Below are positions 22,557 to 36,456 of a stretch of DNA of 64,000 nucleotides, piece by piece (the first letter of the stretch is position 1; each line of letters begins with the position of its first letter). Source of the stretch: Malacoraja senta (Eukaryota); contig CM075983.1 of assembly GCA_038087875.1 (NCBI GenBank), positions 12,276,001-12,340,000 of the forward strand. The letters run 5' to 3'. Position numbers and translations under genes: made by a program. The notes beneath the pieces are model-generated. The model ran no database searches. It saw nothing but the letters and a program-made list of their open reading frames with translations, and was not told where the DNA came from.

Positions 22557-24863
22557 TTATATGCCTGCAACCAGCTGAGGAGCGAGGTGATTGTTGAGGA
22601 ACCATGATGCTGATTCTATTATTTCGCTCCACATTTCACCATCAAACTTGATCCTCTCCAAGTGCGGTGAACTGTTGCGGCCCGGGTATATGAAAAAGTC
22701 AAACCACTTGCTCAACGTTGCAGCCATCTCCATCTGTATTTGTGTGTAGTAGGCGTGTGTCTTCTTGAGCTTCATCTGCCCATTATCGCTTTCATACAAG
22801 CACTTCAAATTACTTGCTGTTGGCTCTTGGCCATATGCACTTATAGGACATTTGATTTCTAAGGGCCCACTGCCACAACAGATGCATGTCACAATACCAT
22901 CTGGGCTTGAGCCCATGAAGGGTTTGTCTCTACAGACAAACAGCCCACATTCTTCAGTTAATGCTTGCACAAACATGGCTCTAGCTTCATCTTTGTGCTG
23001 CCGTCCACGCACTAGTGCAGGTAAGTGTTCACTCGGCTTGTCGTAGCCCATGACTCGCTTTACAAGCCCGCTTGTGTCGAGGTCAGTTTGATAGTTCTTT
23101 AGGAAAGTCCTCATCCTCATCAAGACCGCATGATTTTACCACCAGGGGCGCTGCACGATTGGCAGCCCCGCCAACAGACTGTCGGTTTTTTCATCTTTAT
23201 AAAAAATAATTGTCTGTGTTAAAAATCGGTGTAAAAGTTCTCCGGTTTGTTTTATGTGGGGGGAGGGGGAGGGGGAGGGGGAGGGGGAAACTTTTTTTTC
23301 TGTTTCTTACCTTTCCGGAGATGCGATTAATTTTTGGATCGCATTCTCCGGTCGCTCTGCGGCCTACCATTGATGGAGCGGGAGGCCTCCTTGGACTGAC
23401 CTTGAGCCACTCCGCAGGGCGTGGACTTACATCGGGGCTGATCTCTTGCCTGGGATTGTTCCAACCGTGGCCTGCGGAATTTACATCGAGAGCTCGCAAT
23501 CTCAGGAGAGGCTAGTCGGGAGCTCCATCCGGGGTTTGAGCAACACCTCCCCGATGCAGGAGCTGATCGTCCCGATGCGAAGGGCCCGCCGCCGGCTACG
23601 GGTGTCAAGATCATCCCGTCAATGGAGGGCTCGAGGCCCCCTGACCGTGGGAGAGCAAAGGGAAGAGATTTTAACTTTCTTCGCCTTCCATCACAGTGAG
23701 GAATGTGGAGGAGACACTGTGGTGGATGTTTATGTTAAAATGTATTTTGTGTGTTCTGTTGCTTTTTATTTGTTTGACTGACTTGGCAAATGAAATTCCT
23801 CGTATGTTGCAAAACATACTTGGCTAATAAAGTATTATTGTGATTGTGATTGTGATTGAATACTTGACCCTGTGATGCATCCTTTACGTTGCTTGAGCCG
23901 CATAGGGTTCTTGTACATTCTTGGAGCAATGTTGCTTCTTCCTGAGTGTATGCAGTCAGCTTGTGTAGGAACTCAGCAACAGAGGTGCATTCTCCTTCCG
24001 GCATTTCATTCAGGGTCGCTTTGCCCCGGAAAAGGTTCCACGTACATGGTCGCGAGGTACACGCTTTAGATGTCCATCCTCTTTGATAAGCGTAATCAAG
24101 TTTGAAGAGAATAACAGCCACATGGTTACAGGATGACCCTAGCCTGAAAGATATTGGAAAAATTTAAGGTAACTGGTTAGATGTGATGCACACAATACCC
24201 CAACATGGCAATAAAAATAATATGACCTTACCACCGGTGAATGAAGAAGTAAGTTTTTCAATCTACCCGGCAAGAGAGCTGCAATAAGCAGTGTGAATAA
24301 TCCCATATGACATCTGGATGCACACCCATGGCTTATGGGGGGGGTTGGCGTACTGTTTCGGAAGGTGTACAGTCTGCTTTCACAAAGCACATTGCCAAAT
24401 CATCAGATATGGGAAGAAAGAAGACTTCTTTCAGCCATCTAGCATCAAAATAACTGTAGGCCTTGCCTTCCTTGTAGTCGCTAAGCAGGCGGGACTTCAG
24501 TGAGGTAGATGGCTGGTTAGCCTCATCATAACTGGCAAGGTGATCTGACAGCTCGACAATGGATGTTAGATTCTCCAAGCCACCCATCTTTCAGTTCCCT
24601 CATGGGATCGGGAAGAATTTTTTCTCCACATTTCAGGAGTCCTTTGTACTGATCAAAATGACTACGTTTTGATCAGTTTTTTCTTCACCTGCAGTCGGCA
24701 GCACAGGCTTCTTCATGAGCGCAGCAACATACGCGAGAGCTGCGAGTTCAGCTTTTCTTCCTTTTTTTTTCAACCCCCTGTCCGCTTAACAATGCTTCAA
24801 ATCTTCGACTTTCCATCGCTGAAAATCATCCAGTGTCAATTCGTCGTAATTTGATTCAGCCAT
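22557..24863 (-). pseudogene. SAP + SWIM + YqaJ (lambda-exonuclease-like) accessory protein of the ISL2EU element
   Basis: ATG at 24863; WKVEDLK..RGLKKKGRKAELAAL (SAP-like); AYCS.LAG|LGSSCNHVAVILFKL (SWIM, split by a GT-AG intron at about 24145-24266); SSPDG..LEIKCP..HAYYTQIQ (YqaJ PD-(D/E)XK). Confidence 0.85.
23143..23858 (+). mobile_element. GC-rich non-autonomous retroposon inserted in the YqaJ gene
   Basis: Head related to the 35595 copy; 3' ATCACAGTGAGG..CACTGTGGTGGATGTT, AATAAAG and a (GATTGT)n tail. Confidence 0.75.
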
Positions 24864-26084
24864 GACCAATACAAGCTTCAAAAAAGACGAAACATTGGAC
24901 CGAAAAATTACTCACTGTTTCTACAGTGCTTCGTTCGATTTTTCTTTATCGCGATTGACCTTTGACAAATCCCATGATTCCTTTTGTTTTTCGGAATACC
25001 GAACGCACTTATAAGACCCGAAATCTTAACACATTGAAATGGAATTAATTTTTGAAGTGCAGTTGTTGAGAAATTAGATCACTTTGTGCAACATGAGCAA
25101 GAATCACAATGTACAAGCAACACCAACCAGCTTAGCCTGGTGTTAAGTAGCATCAGAGAGTCGGGTGCATGCATTATATGATTGCAATACCAACTGCACT
25201 GTTTATCGCATTAGCACATATTGAAGTTGTGCAGTTTCCGCAAACTAACACTAGCTGAGGTTAACTGGCACGAAGTGAAACCCAGCGTGCAATTCCTAAA
25301 GGGTGCAGCTTCATGCTTCCCAACACCGCCAGAAGTTGTTTCACACACTTTGGACCTTTAGCAGCAGAGTGGAAATTAAGAGTAGGTGCACTATTTTCAG
25401 AAGCAGGATTGGACATATTAGTTAGAGAGGAAGGGAAGCTCTCTCTCCCGGGCCCTCAGTAACTTCTCCAGATCCAAGATGAAGAATAACAAAAGACACC
25501 AAGTGCTGGAGTAACTCAACGGGTCAAACAGCATCTCTGGACAACATGGATAGGCGACATTTCAGTTCGAGACCCTTTTTCAGGGTCCTGTCTCAAAACA
25601 TCACCTCAACTGTTTTCCAGAGATGCAACCTAACCTGCTGAGTAACTGCAGCAATTAAATAGCGTCCCGACCCGAAATGCCAGCTATCCGGGTTCTCCAG
25701 AGAAGTTGTCTGACCCACTGAATTCCTCCAGCATTTTGTGTCTTTTTCTTGTACAGTAGCGTCTGCAGTTCCTGGTGTCTCTGTGATGAATCATTGGCCA
25801 GTGGTAGCTATTGATCTTAACACCAGTTATAGAGCTGACTGCAGCAGTGTAAAAGATTAATGACTTCTCTTGCAGTACATGATTAAGATCAGGGACCTTC
25901 AAATCCCACTTCCAAGCAACTGTACAACTAAATTCCCCACTTCTTGAGCCTACACACCAGCCACGTATCTAACAACAATCCCCCATCAATCATAGTTCAT
26001 GTTCAAGATTCATGTGCTCCGTTACATCCTCAGGCATTTACTATCACTCCAGCACTAACCCATACAACCCACTGTTTGCACAAG

Positions 26085-26379
26085 AGCGGCACGGTGGCGC
26101 AGCAGTGGAGTTGCTGCCTCACAATGCCCGGTTCGATCAGGTTCGATCCTGACCATAGGTGCTGTCTGTGCGGAGTTTGTACGTTCTCCCCGTGACCGCG
26201 TCGGTTTTCTCAGGGAGCGCTGGTTTCCTCCCTCAAAGAGGAAGGACATACAGGTCTGTAGGTTAATTGACTTCGGTAACAATTGTAAATTGGCCCTTAT
26301 GATGATGCTAGTGTATGTGGATCGCTGGCCAGCACGGACTCAGTGGGCCGAAGTGCTGCATTTCTAAACTAAACTAAAC
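26085..26379 (+). mobile_element. HE1-type SINE
   Basis: TGGCGCAGCAGTGG A-box, duplicated GGTTCGATC B-box, (CTAAA)n tail. Confidence 0.85.
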
Positions 26380-26754
26380 ATTCCCAGCTGTACAAGTTTG
26401 AAAGGCACATTGCACCAATACAGCAAAGCATTCAGTAGCACCCATCCATCTCACTTGATGGATAATCTATCAGCAACAATAGACCATGTCCATCAGCTCA
26501 GTGGCCCACTGCAGAGAATAGGGACCATTGCAGGAATGGTTGCCAGTCGATAAACCACATATTTTTAAGCAGGAAAGGTAATATCAATGAAAAAGAGTTG
26601 GGATTTCAAATTGAACACCATTCATTTATGAAGAATCAATAACCTGGTACACCAGTTTAGTTATTACAGTTCAATAATTGCACTCTAGTACATATGTACA
26701 ATTGTACTTGTGTTTAATGTGAATTAACTGAATTGTACACAAAATGAAGAATTT

Positions 26755-26968
26755 AGGGCCTGTCCCACTTGGGCGTCATTTGCGCGTCATGCAGGTGGCG
26801 CGCGAGGATTTTGAGAATCCCAAAATCCTGCTACCGCATGTCACTGCCTACGCCACCACCTCTCACCATGCGCCATGCGCGCGTAATGCACGCCATGCGC
26901 GTGTTACGCACGCGTCATGACCCATAAATGATGTCGCGTAAATGGGCAGATAACGCCCAAGTGGGACA
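26755..26968. mobile_element. Harbinger-like MITE, CpG-rich
   Basis: AGGGCCTGTCCCACTTGGGCGT ... ACGCCCAAGTGGGACA inverted ends; right end truncated. Confidence 0.75.
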
Positions 26969-28261
26969 AGAACATGTGACAAGAAAGTACTTGACTATTG
27001 ACAACTATTGTCTTTCTGTCTCCGTAAATGTTAACTAACTTCGCAAATATTTCCAGCTTTATATTTTTTCTAGACTTCCAGTAGAAGTTCTGCTAAAACA
27101 CAATTCAGTAAACCCTCGTTTTAATGGACCTCTTTATAACAGATTTCAGTTATAGCAGACGGACCTACTGACCTTCACCACCAGGCCTGGCTGCCGACAT
27201 TACACATGGCCCACACCGCTAATCCGTCCACTTCCAGGCTGGGCAGCTGATGCCACCCCGGCCCACAAAGCTTCCTCGGCCACTTCCAGGCCGTGCGTGC
27301 CGCCGCCACCGACTGTTTACCTGTACTTTGGCTGCCTGCGGGCCACGGCCAATGACTCGCCTCTTTCCCCGCCGCCAGCAGGTCTGGGCCGTCAACTCAC
27401 TTGGATTCCAGGCCCAGTTCCAGACCGAGAGCCTGAAGAAGGGTCTCGTCCTGAAGTACTGGCCAGCATGGCTGTGGTGGGCCAAAAGGCCTCTTTCCAT
27501 GCTGTATGACCCAAAAAAAGATTATACGTGGCAGTTCTTACTTCTATTCTTGTCGTGGATGGAAGGTCATTGAAGACACATCTAGGAACCTTGGCATTAT
27601 TTTTTGGGCATTATCTAATTCATCAGCAGTGGGTGGCTTCTTGGTTTAGCTTGACGGTTTGGAATTGTTTCCAAGGCTTGGAAAAGGGTATGTGGTGTGT
27701 TTACAAAAATGCTGTGATATAGATTATTATCCTAGATACTTTTAGAGTTGACCAAGTCAGATTCCAACCTGTATTTTTCTTGTGAAAGGGGTACAATAAA
27801 TCGTAGCATGGTTTAAAAAGCAATGAACCAATTCCATCGTAATTGAATCTTCTGGTTTTATTTAATGAAAAAAAACACACAATTATTTTGAACCATAAAA
27901 TATTTACAAATGAGGTTGGAGAATAGAATTTAGGTAAATGCCTTCAAAATGCAGATAGACATGAATGATTCTCTGTAATAAAAAGGCACATAGCAATTAC
28001 AAACGTGGAATAATTTATTTAATCATCTGAATAGTCCAACTCAATCTATTTGGTTTCCCTTATTAACCTAGAAATTATGGTGTGCTGTATAACTATAATG
28101 CTTCGTAATCATAGTACCTTGTCCTGCTGCTGTTTAAAATATTAATCAGGAAAATATTAAACAAAGGACTTTCATTTGCTCAGGCTATCTCAAAATGTTT
28201 CACTGAACATAAAACTCCTTCGAATCGCTTGGTTTGGAAGGTCTTGTGGAAAAGCTGGACA

Positions 28262-28670
28262 GACATGGAAACACTGGAGGTTGAGGAGAGATGTGATAAA
28301 AGTATACAGAATTATGAGGCATGCATCGGGTAGACAGTCAGAACCTTTTTTTTCCAGGGTGGAAATGTCAAAGAACAGAGGGCAGAGAGGAAAGAGGCAA
28401 ATTTTGAGAAGTGTAGAAAGTTTTTTTTTTAAATAATTTACTTACTTACAGAGGGTGGTGGGTGCCTGGAATGCAGCAATGCCAGGAGTGATGGCGAAGG
28501 CAGATATGATAGTTGCATCGAAGAGGCGTTTAAACATGCACGTGGATATGCAGGGAATGGAGGGATATGCATCATGTGCAGGCAGATTACATTAGCTTAC
28601 TTGGCATCATATTCGGCACAGACATTGTGGGCCGAAGGGCCTGCTCCTGTGCTCTACCCGTTCTATGTTC
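28262..28670 (+). mobile_element. CR1 LINE 3' fragment
   Basis: RLRRDVIKVYRIMR followed by a GGGCCGAAGGGCCTG..TTCTATGTTC tail. Confidence 0.75.
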
Positions 28671-29900
28671 CAAAATTAGCCACTGTTCTAACCTATGAAA
28701 TACAGTAGCAAATTACACATTGCAGTTGGCCACACAAAACAAAACAATGGAATAAGTGGCCTTTAGGGAAGTTGAAGAAATGATGACCCTTTATAGGATT
28801 TTTTGCGTTACCTTGACCCTACGTGTCAACTTTAAGATGGCACCATTCACTCTGCATTAAAAATATGCTCAAGTATCTGGATTGGATTAGACCCGCAGCG
28901 TTCTGACAGAACTGACTGGTTAATCTTCAAGCCATAAAACTAATAGGTTAAGTAGTCATCTGGTAAATATGATATTACATAATTTCTAAGTTTTACACCA
29001 TGAAACAAAATCGTGGGCTTGACAAGAGTGATCAGATTTGTACAGCATTGTCAGTATGTGCTAGTTCCTGGTTATTATTCAGAGCATGAAGTCTCAGTAG
29101 GTGAACATGAGGTGACATTTCCTGCTGTACACTATCACCATTAAGGACGGTGTATCTACAATTGAACATGTTCTTGGTTTGATTCCCACCTGTGGGAAGT
29201 TCTCTCACCTCAGAGGGCGTTAGTTGGCCTCATCATTCCATGGGAAGGAATGAAAAAAAGCTTGGTCCTGCATTCAGCAGGTCCACTTGGAAACTATTCA
29301 CTCGAATAGAATCAAATTCACCTATAACCATGTCACCGTTAAATAGTCTGCGAGTATCTACCAGTTCATTTGGCAAGAGGTAGGCACCCACATTCATGGT
29401 GCTGCAGCCCAGGAGGAATCAACACCAAAATAGCTTTTGATTTGTTGATCGTAACAAATGTTTTCTTTTTCCAAAAAGAGATAAATGATACAGCTATCAT
29501 CATGACTAACTTAGTTGACTTTCTCAAATGACACAACCATTTAGTCTTGGTAATGAATAAAATCTACAACTTCATCAAGGCTAGGTGTACCGTTATTCTA
29601 ACATTTCAGTTCAACTAATTCACCATACACCACTTGTAGTACTTTTCTCTCTGTCAATTAAATATCTATGTATTCATATTTAAACAACCTGACATTCTAC
29701 CCAACACTATCTGAAGTACATTTCATGGATAAGTTACACTGGCATAAGATTCATTTCTCTAAAAATCAAGATACAGCTTGTGCTTACAACACATGAAAAT
29801 ATAAAATAGCTACATAATGACACTTCAGTTTGCACGAGTAACATTGCCACATTTAAACTTTAATTAATTTGTGCACATTTCTATTGGGTTTTCCGGGTTT

Positions 29901-30014
<114 letters not shown>

Positions 30015-30216
30015 CTAAGGATAGATATAGGACGATTAGTAACTTCCCTTGGATCAACGTAGATATTACTGTCAAAGAATCACTATTACTATCTTGCCGG
30101 GCCATGATTATGCACATGGCTTCGAAAATGCTCTTGATCACACATGTAATATAGGCAGACACAAGGAACTGCAGATGTTGGTTTACAAAACAAAAGTCAC
30201 AAAGTACTAAGAGTCT

Positions 30217-30514
30217 CTTGTCCAGAATAGGGGAATCGAGAACTAGAAGACATAGGTTTAAGGTGAGGGGGGAAAGATTTTCTAAGAATCTGAGGGGTAA
30301 CTTTTCCAAGCAAAGGGTGGTGGGTGAATGGAACGAGCTGCCAGAGGAGGTAGTTGAGGCAGGTACTATCGCAACGACGGGTACATGGATAGGACAGGTT
30401 CAAAGGGATATGGGCCAAATGCAGGTAGATGGAACTAGTGTAGATGGGACATGTTGGCCTATGTGGACAGGTTGGGCCGAATACGTGTTTCCATGCTGCA
30501 AGACCCTATGACTC
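30217..30514 (+). mobile_element. CR1 LINE 3' fragment (ZC4H2 intron 4), inside a Penelope repeat
   Basis: GESRTRRHRFKVRGERF..FSKQRVVGEWNELPEEVVEAGTI. Confidence 0.8.
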
Positions 30515-30796
30515 TACTGGAGAAACTCAGTCAGTCAGGCAGCATTTCTGGAGGACATGGATAGGCAACTTTTCAGGTCAAGGACATTAGGTCAGGGAGG
30601 TTCAAGGTAGATTTCTTGACCTGAAACGTACCTATCCATGTTCTCCAGTGATGCTGCCTAACTTGCTGAGTTACTCCAGCAATTTGTGTCCATTTCTGTT
30701 TTTCCTCCATGCCTCCAGTATCCACTGCAGACCCACCAAATCCAGAGATGTATCCAGCATTTGATCAATGATCTGAGATTGTTTATTAAGCCTTCA

Positions 30797-31042
<246 letters not shown>

Positions 31043-31107
31043 TTACATAAAGGTTACGTCCCGTGGACCCTTGCGTAAATCAGGTGTGACGCAAGTCGGA
31101 AACGGAA

Positions 31108-31491
31108 ATGAGAACATTACGGAGATTCGGCACGTCAGAGAGGATTCTCTTGAACCTCTACAGGTGTACAGCAGAGAGCATATGGACTGGTCGCATCACG
31201 GCCTGGTTCGGCAACTTGAACGCCCAGGGGCCGAGAAGACTGCAAAATGTGGTGAACACTGGCCAGTCTATCACGGGTACTGACCTCCCCACCATCGAAG
31301 GGATTCAGAGGAATCGCTGCCTCAAAAAGGCAGCCAGCACCATCAGAGACCCACACTACCCTGGCCACATACTCGTTTCACTCCTGCGATCGGGAAAAAG
31401 ATATAGGAGCCTGAAAACTGTAACATCCAGGTTCAGGAACAGCTACTTCCCCACAGCCATCAGGCTATTAAACACTACAACCTCTAAATAA
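31108..31491 (+). mobile_element. Rex1/Babar-type LINE RT C-terminal fragment
   Basis: LRRFG..LLNLYRCTAESI..ITAWFGN..HYPGH..LLRSGKRYRS..SRFRNSYFPTAIRLLN. Confidence 0.85.
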
Positions 31492-34481
31492 GCTCTGAAC
31501 TGCATTGATTTTGTCTTTCTGTATATGTGTAAAATGTATAATATATATACACACACAGAACTTTGTTTTTGTTTATTATATTCTGTACAGAATACTGTTT
31601 TTACTGAAGAAGGGTCTCGACCCAAAACGTCACCTATTCCTTCGCTCCATAGATGCTGCCTCAACCGCTGAGTTTCTCCAGCATTTTTGTCTACCTTCGA
31701 TTTTTCCAGCATCTGCAGTTCTTTCTTAAACAACTGTTTTTACATATTCTGTTGTGCTGCTGCATGCAAGAATTTAATTATTCTGTCTAGGGCATACGAC
31801 AATACTCTTGACCACAGTCCGCGCATAAGTTTACTATTCCTCGCGGTGACCTACTACTCGGGGGGGGTCAGTGGGCTTAAAGAGTTGCTTATACAAGTGC
31901 GAGTTTATGCCAGTCGTCTATTATGCAAGTGGGGTAGTGCCTGTACACTGCATTCAGGTAATATCAACATTAATAATCACCTCAATAGCCAAACAACACA
32001 ACAGTTTGAGTATGGCTCCCCTCCATGTATTAATACAGTGCGAGCTCAGTATAACATGCCTCATAACCTCAGTTTTGGATGCACTGTATGTTTGATCCCT
32101 GGGCCCCAAAGATGGCAATTGGGTAAACATTACATTAACACTTATGAGCTGCCCACTATATAAGTGAGAGTTGTTCCTCACCAGTTGCTCACTATTTGCA
32201 CTTCATCTTGCAATAGGATTCTGAAAGCATTGAGCAAGTTACTTTCCAAAGCTCAAGTGGCAAACCTTTTCCTCAAGGCGCTAATTTTTACTACAACATA
32301 TTTCAACAGTTGCCAGCAATTCCCCAGCTCATTACACAGCTCTTCAGAGGACCCAGATACACTTCTTGTATCCATCAACCACTCTCCTGTCTTCTGTATT
32401 TACCTCACCTGTATTTATCGATGATGCAAATATCACTGTAGCCCTGTAATTTCTTCCCTAATTCCCCACTAGGATGGGCGAGGATGCACTTGATCAGATA
32501 CCAGGAATGTGGCCATTGCATCATGAGTTGCCATGTTGAGCATTGTGGCAGTTTAGAGTCAAGAATGTTTAATTGATGTATATACCAGAACAGGACAATG
32601 AAGTTCTATCTTACAGCAGCACAACAGGCTTGTAAACACAGTACTCAATAGATAACAAAATAAGGCAAAAAGAAACTCAATAAATATAAAAACCCCAACA
32701 TAGTGCAAAGCAAAATATAAACCACAAAGATCCTAATGCAACCAAGATGATTCGTAGTTTAGATGGTATTTGTAGTGTTCAATGGCTTGATGGTTGTTGG
32801 GAAGATTTTCTTGATTGGTATGGGTGTCAGAGGTTATGGGAAGAAGGCAGGAGAATGGGGTGTAAAGGCAAAGATAGATCAGCCATGATTGAATGGCAGA
32901 GTAGATTTGACAGGGCTGAATGGCCTAATTCTGCTCCTATAACTTATGAACATATGAAGAAGCTGTCCCTGAACCTGGAGGTCCCAGTTTTCTGACATTC
33001 TTCTTGGGAGATTCCAGATCAGCTATTTCCCCTCTGACTCACAGGAGATTTGGCAGTGTTCCTAATACCCATGGCAAACCCACTGTCGAGTCTGCATGCA
33101 ATCCCTGCCACAACTCATCATAGTGGGCAGCAGCAGCAATGGCTTCCTGCATTGTCAGAAGGAAGGAAGCTCCTACACAGATTTCATGTGTCCTACTGCA
33201 ACATGACCTTGCAGGGAATGCTGCTGCGATGCCACCGGGACAATACAGATTAGCAACCTAGTCAGAAAGCAACACAGCTGGACCTGCGCACTTCCTTGTC
33301 CATAATCCACTCACCAGTATTAACATCAGAAGGAAAAAATAATTATCCTCTACCAAATGTGTTGGGTCAAATTAGAATGCTCCAGCCGTTTCTCTGGCTG
33401 AAAATAGCGAAATCAGCAAAGACGTTACAGATCAACTCTGCTGTTTCTTGTCAGAGCAAGTTGATATCATATTCAGCAACATCTCTCCATACCAAACCAC
33501 TCAGGAGCATTTGGGCACTTTGCAAGCTATACTTCAAATCCTAGTGTAGGAAGGAACTACAGATGCTGGTTTGAACCCAAAAAGCTGGAATAATTCCGCA
33601 GGATCCCTGGAGAACATGAATAGGTGATGTTTCAGATTGAGATCCTCCTTCAGTCTGAAAGAGCATCCCAACCCGAAACATCATCCATCCATGTTCTCCA
33701 GAGAAGTTGCCTCTCGCACTTAATTACTCCAGCACTTTGGTGCCTTTTTCTGGTCAAATAGGTCTGGTTTTTGGAAGTGTCTTGATACAAGCCCCAGGTG
33801 TTTGAAGATGTTGTACCAAATGCAGAATAGGCAAGGGTGCCCTACACTGATGCAGAAGATCAGAATGTTTTTTGTGGAAGACTTTAAGGAGACTCAGGTC
33901 TGTTGTAGGCAAAGAGATAGGAAAAGACAAAGGTGTGAAGAGCCACAGATTACAGGACTTTGAGTGTGTGTAAATCAGTAAACAACTGCAAATAAATCAT
34001 CAAGATTTGATGCAACATAGACTGCAGATTATGGATTTTTTTTTAAAACATTGCTCTATTTAATAGAGATGTTAAATGCAGAAATATGGATTTCAACAGC
34101 AGGTGAGCTGAAGGTCGGGGAAAATAAATGATATTGTGGAAGGAAAGTAAATCAAAATCTGCCTGGACTCTGGTTTCAAAGATCTCCAAGATCTGTGATA
34201 AAAGGTGTGCAATTTGTGACAGAAGACATCTGTGGTCTTCTGGTTGCCCATTTAGCCATTCACAAGTGGACTATTGGTCATAATATTCGCCAACACAAAG
34301 GCAGCAGAGGGAACCAGTCAAACTGAAAAATTTGACTCGGGGATAAAAAAATATTTTTCATCGCTTTTACTAAATGGATGATACATTGCGCTTGACTTCC
34401 TCTATTTTCTTCACTAAAGCCTACAAATGGATAAACAACTTGATACCCAAAAGTTGTACTCTGTCAAATCAAAGATGCTTA

Positions 34482-34706
<225 letters not shown>

Positions 34707-34715
34707 TCATAAATA

Positions 34716-35045
34716 CATTAGAAAATAGGTGCAGGAGTAGGCCATTCAGCCCTTCAAGCCAACATGGCAATATGATCATGGCTGATCATCCAAAATCAGT
34801 ACCCCATTTCTCCCCATATCCTTTGATTCTGTTAGCCCTCAGAGGTATATCTAACTCTCTCTTGAATACATCCGGTGAATTGGCCTCCACTGCCTTCTTT
34901 GGTAGAGAATTCCACAGATTCATAACTTTCTGGGTGAAAAAGTTTTTCCTCATCCCAGTCCTAAATGGCCTACGCCTTATTCTTAAACTGTGACCCCTGG
35001 ACTGGACTCCCCCAACATCGGGAACATGTTCCCTGCATCTAGCAT
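34716..35045 (-). mobile_element. CR1 (HER1-like) LINE 3' end
   Basis: Same 3' UTR and ORF2 end as 53205-53560. Confidence 0.8.
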
Positions 35046-35345
35046 CTGGGAATGAAGGACATGATTAATGGAAGAAAACTAAAAAGTATCTTTCCCTCTC
35101 TACCATTTTCTTCATTGAGTCACTTGCGAGTGGGTATTGAGATATCATTCCAAATGAGTTGGGAGCATTTCAATCACATACCTGGAAGCAAAAATTCTTG
35201 GTATGAACAATGAATTTTGAAAATGTCATTGTTTGCACAAGGTGTCTCTGATCCAGCCCGCCGCTACCCAGGATGCTATTGAGGTTCATTTTTTCTCCGC
35301 AGATGCAAGAGAAAGATTTGCAACTTTGAACCAATACAGTGGAGA

Positions 35346-35593
35346 AGTTTGTAGGAAGGAACTGTAGGTGCTGGTTTGCACCGCAGATAGACACAAAATG
35401 CTGGAGTAACTCAGCGAGACAGGCAGCATCTCTGGAGAGAAGGAATGGGTGACGTTTCGGGTCGAGACCCTTCTTCAAATCTTACGTCACCCATTCCTTC
35501 TCTCCAGAGATGCTGCCTGTCCCGCTGAGTTACTCCAGCATTTTGGGTCTATCTGCGGTGCAAACCAGCACCTGCAGTTCCTTCCTACAAACT
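35346..35593. repeat. Near-perfect 110-bp inverted repeat (Penelope pseudo-LTR fold-back)
   Basis: Arms 35346-35455 and 35484-35593, about 3 mismatches, 28-nt loop. Confidence 0.92.
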
Positions 35594-35594
35594 C

Positions 35595-36456
35595 GGAAGT
35601 GGCGGCGCTGTTGCACGGCTGCGGCTCGCCTGCAGTCCGTCTGTTTTTACTTTTGTTGTTGTTTTTCTTTTGTCTTGTTTTAGTCAAATTTTGGTTTATT
35701 GGGTTGTGTACGTGTGGGGTGGGGTGGGGGGGGGGTAAAACATGACTTTTGTCTCTTCCTTCGGGGGAATGCGACTTTTTCTTGTCGTATCCCCCTTCTC
35801 TGCCTCCGTCTGTGCTGAGGCCAAAATGGCGGAGCTGCCGGCCTCCAACTCCAACTGCGACCGACCGACCTCGAGGCTCCGGAGGCAGAGCCAGGACTTA
35901 CCAGCGCTGGGGCTGGCCGGCTTCGGGGCTGCGGTGGCGTTCCGGCGGTGGCGACCGAGGACGCTGGTGGCGACCTAAGACCGGAAGCTCGGCCGCGGGC
36001 CCGGTGGACGACATCGTCGGGAGCTCGCAGGTCACAAGTGGGTGACCTGTTTTTCTGGTGCTCCCGCAACTACAGCTGCATCCGCTGGACTGGAGGGCGG
36101 CAGCTTCGGCAGCTTCGGCCACCCCGGGCCGCGGAGTTTGAACCGGACCGTCGCGGACGGAGCACGGATTCAGACGCGGGACTGGCTTACCATCACCCGG
36201 CGGGGTCACAGCGTCAGAAGCCTGGATCGCCTCAGCTCAGAGGGAGAACAAAGAGGGAAGAGACAGAGACTTTAAGACTTTTGCCTCTATCACAGTGAGG
36301 AGGTGTCTGGTGAACTCACTGTGGTGGATGTTAATTTGTGTTTATTGTGTGTTTTGTTATTTATTATATGTATGACTGCAGGCAACAAAATTTCGTTCAG
36401 ACCGAAATGTCTGAATGACAATAAAGGAATCTAAGTCTAAGTCTAAGTCTAAGTCT
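35595..36456 (+). mobile_element. GC-rich non-autonomous retroposon, apparently complete
   Basis: GGAAGTGGCGGCGCTG head, CpG-rich body, LINE-like 3' end TGAATGACAATAAAG plus (CTAAGT)4. Confidence 0.75.

Larger units (their letters stand above)
19611..25010 (+). mobile_element. ISL2EU-type (PIF/Harbinger-related) DNA transposon, two convergent genes, decayed
   Basis: TIRs AAGCGAGTTCGGTATTCCGA (19611-19630) and TCGGAATACCGAACGCACTT (24991-25010), 2 mismatches, flanked by AT within a palindromic CTTATAAG site. THAP-HTH-DDE gene on +, SAP-SWIM-YqaJ gene on -. Confidence 0.88.

Noticed and set aside
27720-29900. ZC4H2 3' UTR end / poly(A) site
   Set aside because: Several minus-strand AATAAA candidates (e.g. 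near 27858 and 28014); cannot choose without transcript data.
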